Part shown: positions 42,605 to 55,084 of the stretch, piece by piece | Layout: each line of letters begins with the position of its first letter | How positions within the stretch are numbered: the stretch's first letter is position 1 | NCBI RefSeq assembly: GCF_018350175.1 | Contig: NC_058369.1 | Coordinates: forward strand, 8,124,001-8,188,000 | Direction of reading: 5' to 3' | From: Felis catus | Taxonomy: Eukaryota | Length of the DNA: 64,000 nucleotides | The notes under the pieces: generated by a model | What the model saw: the letters and a program-made list of their open reading frames with translations, nothing else | The model's database searches: none | What the model was told of the DNA's origin: nothing | Position numbers and translations under genes: made by a program

Positions 42605-43277
42605 TGTTGTGAAAATCTAATAAAAGGAAACCTCCTTTAAAATGGAGTCAGGAGGGGAGCCTGGGTGGCTCAGTTGGTTAAGCGCCCAACTTAGGCTCAG
42701 GTGATGATCCCACTGTTCGTGGGTTCAAGCCCCGCATTGGGCTCTGTCTGCACTGACAGCTCGGAACCCACTTTGGATCCTCTGTCTCCCTCTCTGCTCC
42801 GCCGCCACTCATGCCCTCTCTCTCTCAAAAAGAAACAGAAAAAAAACTTTTTAGATGGAATCAGGACAGAAGGGCTAATGCTCACACCCTACCACTCATT
42901 GTTCATTGCAGACCTGACAGGAAGAGATATGCCTTGCAAATTGATAGTTTCCTACCTGATTTTACTACCTCAGCAGGAGGAGAAAAGGTTGTCCCTTCCC
43001 CTGGTAACAGCCCAGCCAATGAGACACTGTCACCACTCAACCAATGAAACATCGCTACACTTCCAACTCCCAGTTTAATCCAATGGACCTCTTGTTCTTA
43101 ACAGCCTTCCTGACTCCCCCCTTTCCTCTATAAAAGAGTGTTCCTCTTCTTCGTTCTCCAGACCTGCCCATGCTTTTGCTTCAGCTTGCTTGTCCTTAGT
43201 TGCAACTCTGTGCTTTTCCTGAATAAACCCATTTTTGCTAGTAAAACCGTTGGTTAATGTCGTCCCCAGTGACAACA
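42605..43277 (+). mobile_element. Solo ERV-type LTR interrupted by a SINE (42654-42846)
   Basis: TGTTGT...ACAACA inverted termini; CCAAT x3 (43016, 43041, 43080), TATAAAA 43129-43135, AATAAA 43222-43227; no TSD recognised. Confidence 0.7.
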
Positions 43278-45236
43278 TTTTGCCCCAGGTGGCTGTGGGT
43301 TTTCTCCTTTGCCTTACACTATTTTTCAGGAATGCGTTCTGAGTTCAACAGACAAAGCGCCTTGAGTCTGTCCCACAGCTAGCCCTCAGACATGTTAGAA
43401 CGGACAAACACAATACTGCCAACCTCAGAGACCCAGGTACTGGACCCCCATACTGGGGTGCTGTCCCAGTATACCCCAACATGGGCTGCTGTCCTCAAGA
43501 CCTCCACCATGCTGGGAAGGAGCTGAGAGCAGGGTGGGGAAAACACCACGGAGCTTTCCTCCCACGTTCAAGGTTCCTTTTCATTTTGATTCAATGTTCA
43601 CTTGGTTGGCATAAACCTTTGGCTGTTTTCCAAAGTTCAGATAAAGTTGATTGTGACTGTGTTTGCTCAGTTTGTCAAAGCTTCTGCACAGGGACGGGCC
43701 CTCGGAGCTACCAACTCCGCAACTTCTGCCGACACCTGGGGCCTGAATGGGTGACCCTTGTGTCCTTCGACTGAGCAAAAACTCTCCCCTGTCCAAGTAC
43801 TTAACAAATATTTGCTGAGTGTCTACACTGTGAATAAAACAGACTCTGTCCGTGTCCTCATGAAGCTGCCATCCCAATGTAGGAGCCAGCTCAAACAAGC
43901 TCAGCGCTCAGACGCCTTCAGGTAGTTACAGGCGTTAAAGAGTAAATGCTAGGTGGTAGATGGATGGCTCATTTCACCTGGGTGGAGTCCGGGAAGGCTT
44001 CTCAGAGGAGGTGGCATTGCATCTCAGACTTGAAGTCGAAGGGAGAGGAGGCAAGTGGAGAGAACAAGAACAGTGCCCTGAGGTGGGAAGGTACTCCGAG
44101 GGCTCAAGGGGCAGCAAGGAAGTGGAGTGGAGGGAGGGGAGTGGTCAGAAAAGTGATGGGAGCAGCTGTGCAGGCCACATGTATAGGGTCCCTCTTCCCT
44201 TGTAGCACTGGCCCCGTAGTCAGCCTGGGGCTCTTACAACCATAGGGAGTTTGCAAACTAGCTTCTGGAGGCCACGGATCCCCCGAAATTATAACCAAAA
44301 GATTCTGAGAGTGTGTGCTGGGCAGTCTTTGTGTCCCCCACCCCCACCCCAGGGCCATTCTCCACCCTTTCCTGGCCTGCTGTGGAGGCTGATCTCTACA
44401 CACTGGGTCAACTTAGCTGCCTTTCCCTCTCACATCCACTTGGGGTTGGCTCTGGCAGGAGATCTGAGGGCCGGAGAGGAAGGGGTAGGTGTATATATTC
44501 TGGCTCCCACCCTGTTGGTCTGCATGCTTCTACCAAAGCCCACGACTCCAGCCCTCTCCAAGTTCCACAACTACCTTCCTCCCTAGCAACTTCAGGCCTG
44601 AGCTGGTAACAGCTTCCTGACCCTGGGGAGTCAGCATCCCTTGCTGATTTCCCTTCACTCTGCCCATGACTCCTCAGTTGTACCTCTTATGGCTGCTGTG
44701 ACTAATACAGGTAAGTGTGTCTGTTTTTCTGAATTCAGAATTCTAGGTTATAGATTCCTGCACCACGTTAAATGCTCCCAGGATGGAGTCCTTAACATCC
44801 ATCCAAGGACTTTAACATATATTATTCCCTTCACCTAGAGTGTCCTTCCCTTGTCTCCTTCTCAGCCTTTTGCAGTCCGATAACACCTCCTCCCAGAAGC
44901 CCTCCCTGAACCTGCTGAAGCCAGGTTAGGAGGGCCCCCTTGGTGATTGCCTCCATTATAGCACTTCCTCAACTGGACTCTCATTGTCTGCTTGTCTGAC
45001 TCTCTAACCAAACTCTGAGCATCCTGAGGGCAGGAGATTTTTTTATTCCTCATGGTGTCCCTGGAACTTAGCAAAGTTCTGAGCCCTTGATGAAACACTA
45101 AACAACCGGTAGAATAGATAAGACAGGAATCTCTCTTAACTCTGTTTCCTACACACCCAGGATAGAGCAATAAAAATAGACTAAATGAATATTTTTTGGC
45201 TTTCAGGTCAGACAATCAAGAAATAATTGTGGTTCA

Positions 45237-45535
45237 GGGGTACCTGGGTGGCTCAGTCAGTTAAGTGTCCAACTTTGGCTTAGGTCATGATCTCACAGTT
45301 CATGAGTTCAAGCCCCACATAGGGCTCTGCGCTGACAGCTCAGAGCCTGGAAGCTGCTTCATATTCTGTGTCTCCCTCGCTCTCTGCCCCTCCCCCACTC
45401 ACACTCTGTCTCTCTGTCTCTCTGTCTGTCTCTCCAAAATAAACATTGAAAGAAAGAAACAAAGAAAGAAAAAAAGGAGGAGAAAGAAAGAAAGAAAAAA
45501 AGAAAAGAGAAAGAAAGAGAAGAAAGAAAGAAAAA

Positions 45536-45591
<56 letters not shown>

Positions 45592-45614
45592 GAAAGAAAG
45601 AAAAAGAAAGAAAG
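45237..45614 (+). repeat. SINEC (45237-45446) whose A-tail has expanded into a (GAAA)n microsatellite (45447-45614)
   Basis: direct reading. Confidence 0.92.
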
Positions 45615-45769
45615 AGTGAGTTGTGGTTTACTGTGTGCCAAGCACTGGGGTAAGCATTGTGAAACTACAAGAGGCACCACAGACCCATCCCTGCACCATG
45701 GAAGGAAGAGAGGAAGGAAGAGAGCTGGATGAGTTCAATAAATTCAAGCATGTTTTGTAAACCACCATA

Positions 45770-46510
45770 ACCCAATTTAATGGATATTTACAGAATATTA
45801 TACCAAAACCCTGCAGAATGTACTTTCATTTCAAGTGCATATAGAATGTGGATTGAGATATGCTGGGCCATTAAACAAAGAATCAGTAAATATCAAGGGA
45901 CTGAAATTATATGGAGTGTGTCCTCTGACCACAAAGGAATTAAATTAAAAATCACTAACAGTAAGCTATCTCAAATGTTTGGAAGTTGACACATTTCTAA
46001 ATAATGTGTGGGCCATAGAAAAAATTCACAAGTGAAATAAGAAAATATTTCTACTTAAGCACAATATGTCAGAGTGTTTGGGATGCAGTTAAAGCAGTAC
46101 ATAGAGGGAAATATATAGCTTTAAACGCTTATACACGAAGATAAAGTTTTAAAATCAATGTTCTAAACTTCCATCTTAAGAACCTGTGAAAAGAAGAGCC
46201 AATGAAACACAAGGTAAATAGAAGGAAGAAAAATAAAAAGACAAAAAGCAATGAAATCAAAAACAGAAAATAGAGAAAAACAATGAAGCCCAAAGCTAAT
46301 ACTTTGAAAAGATTAATAAAACTGATTAACCCCTAGCAAGACTAATTAAGAAAAAAAGAGAAACAACACATTACCATTGAAAGAAGGAACATCACTACAG
46401 ACCCTACAGACATTAAAAGTGTGATAAGGGAATACAAACAGTCTTATATGGATAAGTTCTACAACTTAGATGAAATAGACAAATTCCTTGAAAATATAAC
46501 ATGCCAAGTT
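45770..46510 (+). mobile_element. Degenerate L1 ORF2 fragment (end of endonuclease domain and linker)
   Basis: ctctgaccacaaaggaattaaatt; tgggatgcagttaaagcagtac..agagggaaa; aacttagatgaaatagacaaattcct; multiple stops. Confidence 0.85.
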
Positions 46511-46674
46511 TAATAAAAGAACATCACAATGCACTGTAGTATAATTCAGCAAGGAAATTTTTCTAAGTCCAGAGAGATCTCGAAAGATTTCTCAGAAACG
46601 ATATTTAAGCTGAGACCTGAAACAGAAGTGGAATTTTACCAGGTTTCCCACCTCCCCCCAGACAATTTATTAAT

Positions 46675-46693
46675 TTTTTTAAGTTTATTTATT

Positions 46694-46746
<53 letters not shown>

Positions 46747-46910
46747 GAGAGGGGGAAGGGCAGAGAGAGAGAGAGATACAGAATCCAAAGCAGGCTCCAG
46801 GCTCTGAGTTGTCAGCACAGAGCCTGAAGCGGGACCCGAACCCACGAACCACGAGATCATGATCTGAGCCAAAGTCAGACACTTAACCGACTGAGCCACC
46901 CAGGTGCCCC
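46675..46910 (-). mobile_element. SINEC element with (GA)n
   Basis: CanSINE motifs. Confidence 0.9.
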
Positions 46911-47684
46911 AGAATTTTACCAAGTTAATAGAATTGTGTCCCAGGAAGGAGAGACAGCATGTGCAAAGGTCCTGACATTGGAATGAGTTTTGTGTATCCA
47001 AATAGAAAAGTCCACAGTAATGACCCTTTTTGTTGTTTAGTGAACATATGCTTACATCCTTCCCTGGGGTAAACCTCCAGGTAGACCCGCTTGACCTGAA
47101 CAGAAATGTTTAGAGAGACCAAAGCAAACTTATCGGTAAGACAGACATTTGGAAGTTTCTGGGCTGTAAACAGGAGGCAATTTATTCTGTAAACTGTAAC
47201 ATTTCCTCATTTTGGAGCCAGAGTTCCCTCTCACCTGGCTGGTGACGAGCCTGTGACCTCAAACTGGGAGCACTCACATCTCTAGGCATTGCACTTCATA
47301 CCATGAGTTCCTTGGATCTAATAACCTGCTACTCTTAGCCCCATTCTCCAGAGCCGTGAACTGAGGCCTCAAAGAAGGATCACATCTTGCCTGAGGTCAC
47401 AGAGGCCAAACACTAACCACTGTGCTTTACCAACTTCCCCCAAATATACATTTCAACTTTGGAACTGGTTGGGCTGAGGTTTGTGTTTTGGGCATAGGTT
47501 TCCCAAATAGCCCATGGTCCTTGCCCTTCCTCTTCAGGAGGAGAAAACACACACACGTACACACATGTACACACACACACACACACACACACACCTGACC
47601 ATCTTGGCCATTTGTCCCTCCTCCCATCTCTACAGAACAGTGGCCACCAAGGTGCAGAGCAGTGCCAGGATCTGATGTGCATCC

Positions 47685-47878
47685 GTGGAAGGGGCGGGGA
47701 GAGGAGAGAGTCCCTTTCAGTAGCCAACTGTGTGTGTGCAACTTCCTGCCAGTGAGGAAACATTCGTTCAAATCAGCCCTGGTTCTCCTCCCTGCTCTGG
47801 CCTCACAGGAGGAGTTGGCAGTGAGCTGTGGGCTGCACTGGCCTCAGCCAGACTTCCTGGCCAAGCTCAGGAGGAGAG
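47685..47878 (+). promoter_or_regulatory. C19orf38/HIDE1 proximal promoter or 5'UTR with ETS motifs
   Basis: GC box 47691-47699, ACTTCCTG at 47741 and 47852, GAGGAAA 47754-47760. Confidence 0.5.
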
Positions 47879-47909
47879 ATGCCCTGGACTGTCCTGCTCT
47901 TTGCAGCCG
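47879..47909 (+). CDS. C19orf38: C19orf38/HIDE1 first coding exon (signal peptide MPWTVLLFAA)
   Basis: ATG 47879, G|gtgagc phase-1 donor typical of an IgSF leader exon. Confidence 0.9.
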
Positions 47910-49030
47910 GTGAGCCTGATGTCCCCTGTGCCGCCCCCGCCCCGCTCCCGCCACCCTCGCCCACCTGACTCTGCTCTGGGGGCAGGAAGCAGCACAGGGC
48001 TGCCTCCTCCAGGTGCCGGCGGAGGCTGAGCCCTGACAGATCTGCCCCAGGGCTTTGGAAACGCCGCCCCAGGAGCATGGCTTTCTCTTAACGGGCTCCT
48101 CATCAAACCCCTCCCCCCCATCAAGGGTATCAGAAATCCCACCCCACCCACCGGGGACAGCAGTGCCCACGCCCCATGACTCAGCCCCACTTGGTTTCTA
48201 CAGGCTGCTACCTCTATGGCTGGGGCACCAAGAGGATCCGCTGGGGGGTGGGGGAGTAGCTGGGCAAAGGTCCGGAGACTGGACAATGTAGATCTCACTT
48301 GAGCTAGACACTCTGCTCAGGAGCCTGGGGGCAGCCGGGGAGACACTTGTCCCTCCTACAGGAAACTGTACCCCAAAAACCCCGATTCCTCAACACAGCC
48401 TGGGAAACAGGAGAAACCCTCTGCCTTCCGTTCCTTCTGTTCTTTCCCCGGTTCATCCCCTCCAGCCACCCTGGCTTCTCAGAGAACCCCACACCCTTTC
48501 CATTGTCCCAGCATGTGCCTGTGTTCCTCCCTCTGCCTGGAATGCTCTCCCCCAGCTCTTCCTGTGTCACCTCTTCAAGGAAGCCCTCCATGGCTGCTCC
48601 AACCAAGGCAGCCTTCCCATTATCCTGTCTGGGGTGCGCACAGTGCTTCTTGCATCTTTGAGAACATCAGCCCCCCCGAGGCAGGCATGTCCAGCTGTCT
48701 ATGTCGTTCGCTTTCGCCGCTCTGTCCCCGGCCTCTGAAACAGGGCCTGGCATACAGTGAGTGCTGTTGATCGAAGCGGCAAGGGTATAATTGCATTGCT
48801 ATGCGGGAACCACTGCTGTCATAATGAAATGACTCAGCAACAGTGACCGTCCCCCCCCAACCAGGTGCTAGCACCCAAGCCCCTGAACACAGCAGCGGAG
48901 TGGGATACTAGCCTCGGGTAGTAAATACAAACCAAGGCCCAGAGGGGGTCAGCCACTTGCCCAAGGCCACGGAGCCAGATGGGCCTCTGCTCTCAGCACT
49001 CACCCTGCGTCCCTTTTTTCTGCATTCCAG

Positions 49031-49333
49031 GCTCCTTGGCCATCCCAGCACCATCCATCCTGCTGGTGCCCCCACACCCCAGCAGCCAAGAGGACCCCAT
49101 CCACATCGCCTGTGTAGCCCCCGGGGGCTTCCCAGGGGCCAATTTCACGCTGTACCGCGGCAGGCAGGTGGTACAGCTCCTGCAGGCCCCCGCGGACCAG
49201 CTGAGCGTCACCTTCAACTTGACCGGAGGAGGCAGGGAGGCTCCGGGGGGCACATTTCACTGCCAGTACGAGGTTCTAGGTGAACAGCCGCAGCTGTCTG
49301 ACCTCAGTGACACTGTGAGTGTCTCCTTCCCAG
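49031..49333 (+). CDS. C19orf38: C19orf38/HIDE1 Ig-like domain exon
   Basis: ttccag|GC acceptor, CAG|gtaagg donor, 303 nt, phase 1-1; Cys pair IAC...FHCQY; sequons NFT and NLT. Confidence 0.92.
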
Positions 49334-49844
49334 GTAAGGCCCTCCAGCGGGCCCCTCACTGCCTGGGGCTCCATTCTCTCACCGCTGAGCCTTTGCTTAT
49401 GCTGTTCCCTCTGCCTCGTGGGACCAGCCAGGCCTCCGGCTTGCCAGCGCTCACCCACCTTTCCTTGGTCAGTCCTCAGTCATCCCACGCGATGCGTCCT
49501 GCCATTCTCCCCATGTTGCAGATGGGGAAACCGAGGCATCAGAGATGGGGGGGCTCACCCAGGTCACACGGCTAGCGGGCAGCGGAGCTGGGGTTCCGTT
49601 GGCTCCGATATCTAGGCGTTAACACCTCCACACTCTGCTTCACCCTCCCCTCCTGGCCACGTAACATTTTTGAGCACCTACAGAGCACCAGGCGCTGGCG
49701 AAACAAAGTCCCTACCCTCTCACAGCTGACATCCCGAGGGGATGCAGACAGACGATAACCAAGGAGTCCAATATATAGTCAGTGTGCCAGCAGGAGACAA
49801 AGTGGCAGGGATAAAATACAGCCTGGTAAGGGGTGTCATTTTAT

Positions 49845-49919
49845 TTTACTTTATTTTATTTTTATTTGAGAGAGAGAGAGTGTGTGTGTATGCATGAGTA
49901 GGGGAGGGGCAGAGCGAGG

Positions 49920-49968
<49 letters not shown>

Positions 49969-50096
49969 AGAATCCCAAGCAGGCTCCACGTTCAGCACAG
50001 AGCTTGATGCAGGGCTCGAACCCACGACCCTGGGATCATGATCTGAGTAGAAATCAAGAGATGGTCACTCAACCAAAGGAGCCACCCAGGTGCCCC
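49845..50096 (-). mobile_element. SINEC element with (GA)n
   Basis: CanSINE motifs; TSD aagggg/aagggtgtcatttt-like on both sides. Confidence 0.88.
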
Positions 50097-51586
50097 AAGG
50101 GTGTCATTTTAAATACAGAGAGCAGCCAAGGAAAGCCTCTCTGAGGACCTGAATGAAGGGTCAGCCATGTGGGTAGCTGGGGCAAAAGGGTCCCAGCCAG
50201 TGGGAGCAGACTGTGCAAAGGCCCTGAGGCCGGAACATGCCTGGTGTGATTGAGGAACACAGAGGCCCTCTGTAGGGCTGAAGCATGGCGGGCGAAGAGG
50301 AAAGTTGGGGGACAAGAGAGCAGGGAGGTGGCGAGGGGGAGCGTGCTACACCTTTGGCTGCATTAAAGACTTTGGCTTTTCGTCTCAGTGAGACAGAAGC
50401 CCTGGGAAGGCTGATATTTTTCTGTGGTCTTTTCAGGACAGGGGGCTGGGTGTGGGCTCCGGATCAAGGAAGGAGCAGCAGGGAGGGAGGAGCCTCCAGG
50501 TAAAGCCTCTGCATCACCATCAATCAGAACATTCCAGCTGCAAAGAGAACTTTGTTGCTAGCAGAGGCCCCCACTTAAAGAGAACTTTGTTGCCTCCAGA
50601 AGGCCTAGTCATTGAGGTGACAGAACAGTCTGGGCCTTTGAGCTCCACTATCAAAGGCCCCCTTCTCTCACCTTGAGCCTGTGGTCTCAGAGTGGGGAGG
50701 TGACAACATCCCTCCTGCCCCAAATGAATGAATGAACAAGGACTAACAGTGTGAGAATACCAAGCATGTGTCTCTCCTTCCCCTTCCTGGCTTAGCTCCT
50801 GATCTCCATGGGGATCAGGTCATCTCCTCCTGTCTCCTCTGAGAGATCTCCTCTCTCCAGGGAGGGGCAGCCAACTCCCTTTCAGAGAAGTAAACTCTGA
50901 AGCTGGGGCTTCATGCTTTTGTGGCTGGTTTCTGCATGGACCTCAGGGTCCACCATGGGGCTGGGGGTGGATGTCATCTGACCCCCTGGTACCCGGCTGA
51001 AGCCAGCAGGACCCTCAGGCTGCAAGTCACTGGAAACTTGACTCAAACCGGTTTCAGAAACAAAAGAGAATGTGCTGGTTTGGCGAGCTGAAGTCGGTAT
51101 GCAGTTTTGGCTTCAGGCATGGCTGGATCCAGGTGCTCATAAAGAAGTCAGGAATCAAGTGCCACCTCTCCGTTCAGCTTTCTCCTATATCTTATTCTCA
51201 GGCAGGACCTCTCCTTCATGGTGTCAAAATGTGCCTAGAGGATCCAGATGTATATCCTACCAGCTTTGTAATTCTGGCCAAAAGAGTAACCCTCTCTTCC
51301 CAGTAGCCTAGCCAAAGTCTCAGAATTAGCTCTCATTAGCTCAGCTTTGGCCACACGCCCATCCCCGAACTAATCACCATGGCTGGGGGGTGGGGGAATA
51401 TGCTAATTCACCAGCACGGAGGTTTGCTAGATCCCCAGTCCAGCTACACCAGCGTCAAATGGTTGGGCAGGATGGTGGGGGGAGGGCTGGATCCCCACAC
51501 GTAATCTGGAGAAATGACAGGTGTCCCACCTTCACCCTCGCGACCCCGTAACCTGCCCCCTCTCTCTTTTTCTCGTGTTCCTCTAG

Positions 51587-51679
51587 TGCCCACTTGGATA
51601 CTGGCACTCTCCTTGAGTCTGGCTGGAGCTCTCCTTCTCCTTGCTGGGCTGGTGACCCTTGCCGTGGTGGTCAGGAGAG
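51587..51679 (+). CDS. C19orf38: C19orf38/HIDE1 transmembrane exon ([31 protein letters not shown])
   Basis: ctctag|TG acceptor, G|gtaaga donor, 93 nt, hydrophobic helix. Confidence 0.92.
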
Positions 51680-51877
51680 GTAAGAGCAGGCAGAGAAAGC
51701 ATGGCCCACCAGCTGCCAGCGTGCAACCCCTGAACATGTAAATGTTCCCGTTTCTTAGAAGTATGGAGGCACACGGCCGGGGAGGTCTCACTCCAAAACT
51801 TAGCCATGAAGAATCCTCCAGAATGCAATGCAATGTTGGGGGGGGGGGCAGGGGAAATTGACACACACACGCACACA

Positions 51878-52559
51878 TTAAAGTTTACTTATTTATTTTG
51901 AGAGAGAGAAAGAGTGGGAGTGGGTGGCAAGGAGGGGCAGAGAAAGGGGGAGAGAGAGAATCCCCAGCAGGCTCCATGCTGTCAGCACAGAGCCCGATGC
52001 GAGGCCCAATCTCGCAAATGGTGAGATCATGACCTGAGCTGAAATCAAGAGCTGGTCTCTTAACGGACCGAGCCACCCAGGGGTCCCGATAGATATATTT
52101 CAATTATAAAATACATATAACATAAAGTTTAACATCTTAACCCTTTGTAAGTGTGCACTTGCAGCAACATCAAGGACACTCACTCTGTTATTTTTTTTTT
52201 TAATTTTTTTTTCAACGTTTATTTATTTTGGGGACAGAGAGAGACAGAGCATGAACGGGGGAGGGGCAGAGAGAGAGGGAGACACAGAATCGGAAACAGG
52301 CTCCAGGCTCTGAGCCATCAGCCCAGAGCCTGACGTGGGGCTCGAACTCCCGGACCGCGAGATCGTGACCTGGCTGAAGTCGGACGCTTAACCGACTGTG
52401 CCACCCAGGCGCCCCCTCAGTCTGTTATGAGACCATCACCAAGGTCCAACTCCGGAACTTCGTCATCTGCCCAAACTGAAACTCTGTCGTTCCCTTTAAA
52501 CACTAACTCTCCTTTCCTCCTCCCTTAGCTCCTGTCAAGCCCTGAGATTGACATTTAAC

Positions 52560-52591
<32 letters not shown>

Positions 52592-52729
52592 TTTACACGC
52601 TTGTTTGAAGTTTTTACCCGCACACATTACTTATGTCAGGGGCAGGGGGTTGCTGTAACTCTCCTGTTGAGGGGCACATTGACAGAGAAGGCAAGTTTGG
52701 GTCACAAACGTATGAGGGGGCCTTGGGAT

Positions 52730-52779
<50 letters not shown>

Positions 52780-53389
52780 AAGCAGGATGCAACCATGACC
52801 AAAATCTAATAAATGCTTGTGTGTTTTTTTGTCCCCAGTGAAAGTAAAAAAAATGCAGAAGAAAAGGTGAGGCCATCATCTCTGGAGACCTTCAGAGGGT
52901 GGTTTGGGGGAAATGCATACCAAAGGGTTGGGGGGGGGGTGGGAAGTGCAGAAATTCCTGTTGGGTGTTAAGGACTCTGAGGCATGGCTGGGTTCTGGGG
53001 ACAGAAGGGGATTTCCCTGGCTGGGTAGGCTCCCCATTCCACACAGCACCCTCTGGTGGGAGGGCCGCTTAATAGGAACGGGCGCCATTTACAAAGTACG
53101 TGGGGTATGCAGGGCCCTCGCTAGGACCCTCCGCAGCTAGAGCCCGCAATAGCTCCCAGCTGCAGAGGAAGCTGGCTTTTTTTTTTTTAAGTTCATTTAT
53201 TAATTTTGAGAGAGCGCGCACAAGAGCACATGTGAGCTGGGGAGGGGCAGAAGGAGAGGGAGAGAGAGAATCCCAAGCAGGCTCCGCACTGTCAGTGCAC
53301 AGCCCGACATAGGGCCCGAACTCATGAACCACGAGATCATGACCCGAGCTGAGGTGGTTGCTCAACGGACTGAGCCAGCCAAGTGCCCC
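51878..53389 (-). mobile_element. SINEC elements (~51878-52087, 52192-52415, ~53177-53389) with (CAA)n ~52555-52590 and (TG)n ~52732-52774 nearby
   Basis: CanSINE motifs; TSD ctca(c/g)tctgttat around 52192-52415. Confidence 0.85.
52839..52866 (+). CDS. C19orf38: C19orf38/HIDE1 28-nt juxtamembrane exon (VKVKKMQKKR)
   Basis: ccccag|TG acceptor, AG|gtgagg donor; keeps the frame. Confidence 0.88.
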
Positions 53390-53833
53390 TAAATGGCCCC
53401 ATTTTATAGACAAGGAGACTGAGGCTCAGTACTGGGTCACACAGGGAGCAAGTGGCCGAGACTTCCTCACATCCCTTAACCAGTGCTGGGGGAGGGGAGT
53501 GGCACCCCCTGGGGCTCTGCTGTGCCCAACTTGCAGCCTGTAGGCAGTGGCCCTGGTTCCTGGGCTTTTAGGATGTACCAACTGGCCCCCGCCTCAGTTT
53601 CTCCTCTCTGAGAGAGGGGTGCCCCCCCCCCCCGCCCCGGCTGCCTAGTGGCATAGAGCTAGCGGCAGCCCCAGGGATCGAATCCCGACTTCACCTGGCG
53701 GTGGGGCTCCTACAAGAGAATTTCCATCTGAGGGGACTTAGGGAGGATGCGAAGGAAGGTGTGGAGCGAAGGCCAAGTGTGGAGCCAGGGGCTTCCGGGA
53801 ACAAGCCTCACTCCCTCCCAAATCCCTTTGCAG

Positions 53834-53877
53834 AGAGCGAGAATCCTGCTGGGCCCAGATCAACTTCGCCACCACAG
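53834..53877 (+). CDS. C19orf38: C19orf38/HIDE1 cytoplasmic exon (ERESCWAQINFATT)
   Basis: ttgcag|A acceptor, G|gtctgt donor, 44 nt. Confidence 0.9.
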
Positions 53878-55046
53878 GTCTGTACCTTCTTACTCCGATC
53901 TCCTGCTGGGTCAGGGTCACCCCTTCAAAGCTCTATCAGACCTCATCACTTGCTCCTGAACCTCTTCGGCGGCCGCTCACTTCCCTTAGGGTCAAGAACA
54001 CACCCTCCCCTGCCCGCACCCCCCCTCCCCCCACCCCAGGTTCCAACTCTCACCTTCTCTCTTTGCCTCGTCCTCATTCTGTGGTCGTCCTGACCTCTGC
54101 CTACAACATACTTCCTCCCTCCGGTCTTAAAGGCCACCTTCTCCGGGAAGCCTTCCTTGACTCCTAGACAGGGTCTGGGCTGTCTACTTACATTGCCTCC
54201 AGCACCCTATGATTCTTCTTACCCCTCAGGATAAACACAGGTAATCACTGCCTGCTGTGTATGTAATACTCGCCTCCACCGCTGGACGCTCAGTTCCACG
54301 GGGGACGGACGGCGTCTGCCCACCGGGGCATGCTGGGCGCTTTGACCATGCCTGGCACTGCCCTTAAATGGAGCCCCCCTTGTGACCCAGAACGTGTCAT
54401 TCCGAAGGCTTCCACCAGGGGGCGAGAGGCAGCCAGTTTGTGCTCTGCGAGGCTCGGGAAGGGCTCCCTCGCGGAGAAATTCCATCCGCTACTTCTTTCA
54501 CTCTCCAGCACATTTATTGAGCCCCTACTAGGTGCTAACGTTTGGGGGAGGCGTCCCTCAATGACCAAGACAGGCGATCTTTGCCCACGAGCCCATACTC
54601 CAGTGGGAAAACAGTCGATGGCATGTGGGACCCTGTCTGGGGTGAGGAGGGTGGTCCCGGGCGTGGGGAAATGAGTTGTAAGCAGAGACCGGCAGGTTCA
54701 GAGTAGCTGGGTGAAGGGCAGGCGATTGGAGGAGCCCCCGGGGCGGGGGAGGAGCTGAGAGGTGCTCTGTAAAGTGGGAGTCGAGAGGAGAAACCCATTT
54801 ATCAGAGGGCAGCGAGGGGCCCCTGGGGGAGGGCTCCAAGCGGAAAAAGGACAACGTTCAGTTTGCGGCTGGGAATGGTTCACGCTGCGGAAGGGGCTGG
54901 AAGGGACCGAAGCATGCTGGGAGGCGGATCCCAAGCCCTTCATCTCGGTGGACTTGAGGCCTGTGTTCTTAGGGGGAGGGCCCCCGGAGGGCGGTGAGCA
55001 GGGATTTTAAACTGGCCCCTGGTTTTCCTTTCTCTTTCTATTTTAG

Positions 55047-55084
55047 ATATGACCTTTGACAATTCCCTGTTTGCCATCTCTACG
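55047..55084 (+). CDS. C19orf38: C19orf38/HIDE1 cytoplasmic exon (DMTFDNSLFAIST)
   Basis: ttttag|AT acceptor, ACG|gtaagt donor, 38 nt. Confidence 0.9.

Noticed and set aside
45265..45732. 155-aa Lys/Arg/Glu-rich ORF
   Set aside because: It is a translation of a SINE plus its (GAAA)n tail.
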